From contig OZ037765.1 of NCBI GenBank assembly GCA_964035545.1, forward strand, positions 33,603,504-33,667,503: DNA of 64,000 nt, written 5' to 3'. Shown here piece by piece: positions 63,893 through 64,000 of this stretch. The stretch is from Bugula neritina. Taxonomy: Eukaryota > Animalia > Bryozoa. How positions within the stretch are numbered: the stretch's first letter is position 1; each line of letters starts with the position of its first letter. The notes below the pieces were generated by a model. That model was not told the origin of the DNA. It did no database searches and saw only the letters and a program-made list of their open reading frames with translations. A program made the position numbers and the translations under genes.

Positions 63893-64000
63893 CTGTAATA
63901 AAAAGTTATACTATGACAAGAGAATAAAATTACACATAACATGTAGTTTATGCAGAAAAGAGATATACATGTGACCACAACTGATATTTTACAAATATAT

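Larger units (their letters stand above)
50460..64000. repeat. Segmental duplicate of ~24140-39900 (tandem gene-array unit)
   Basis: Colinear similarity of 3' flank, exons, most introns, satellites and transposons; offset ~26.4-26.7 kb up to the nested insertion. Confidence 0.92.

Overview
AT-rich, intron-containing eukaryotic DNA, most likely from an invertebrate animal (species not determinable from the sequence alone). The left ~11 kb holds two related Ty3/Gypsy LTR retrotransposons: the 5' end of one on the minus strand (1-696) and a complete, apparently young copy on the plus strand (2620-11280). That copy has a -1 frameshift signal and a Pol that runs ~520 aa past integrase into C2H2 zinc fingers. 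The rest of the window is a tandem array (period ~25-27 kb) of minus-strand genes that the ORF track shows only as fragments. Splicing these by hand (all introns GT-AG and phase-compatible) gives one complete 15-coding-exon gene of ~1336 aa (26701-43623): N-cap, LRRs, ROC GTPase, COR, acidic linker, caspase (p20+p10). A second copy runs from 53121 past the right edge, and the 5' end of a third lies at 17449-18299. The LRRs are encoded by tandem, symmetric 138-nt phase-2 exon cassettes. Their scaffold is almost invariant, the predicted ligand-facing residues are hypervariable, and both exons and flanking introns look like recombination mosaics. The caspase has a non-canonical active-site pentapeptide (VACRS/LACRN). 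Together this suggests a diversifying cytosolic immune or cell-death receptor family (ROCO-caspase); that function is inference. Introns and intergenic DNA carry nested DNA transposons (Academ-, Sola2-, Kolobok-like, MITEs), LINE scraps and many mini/microsatellites.
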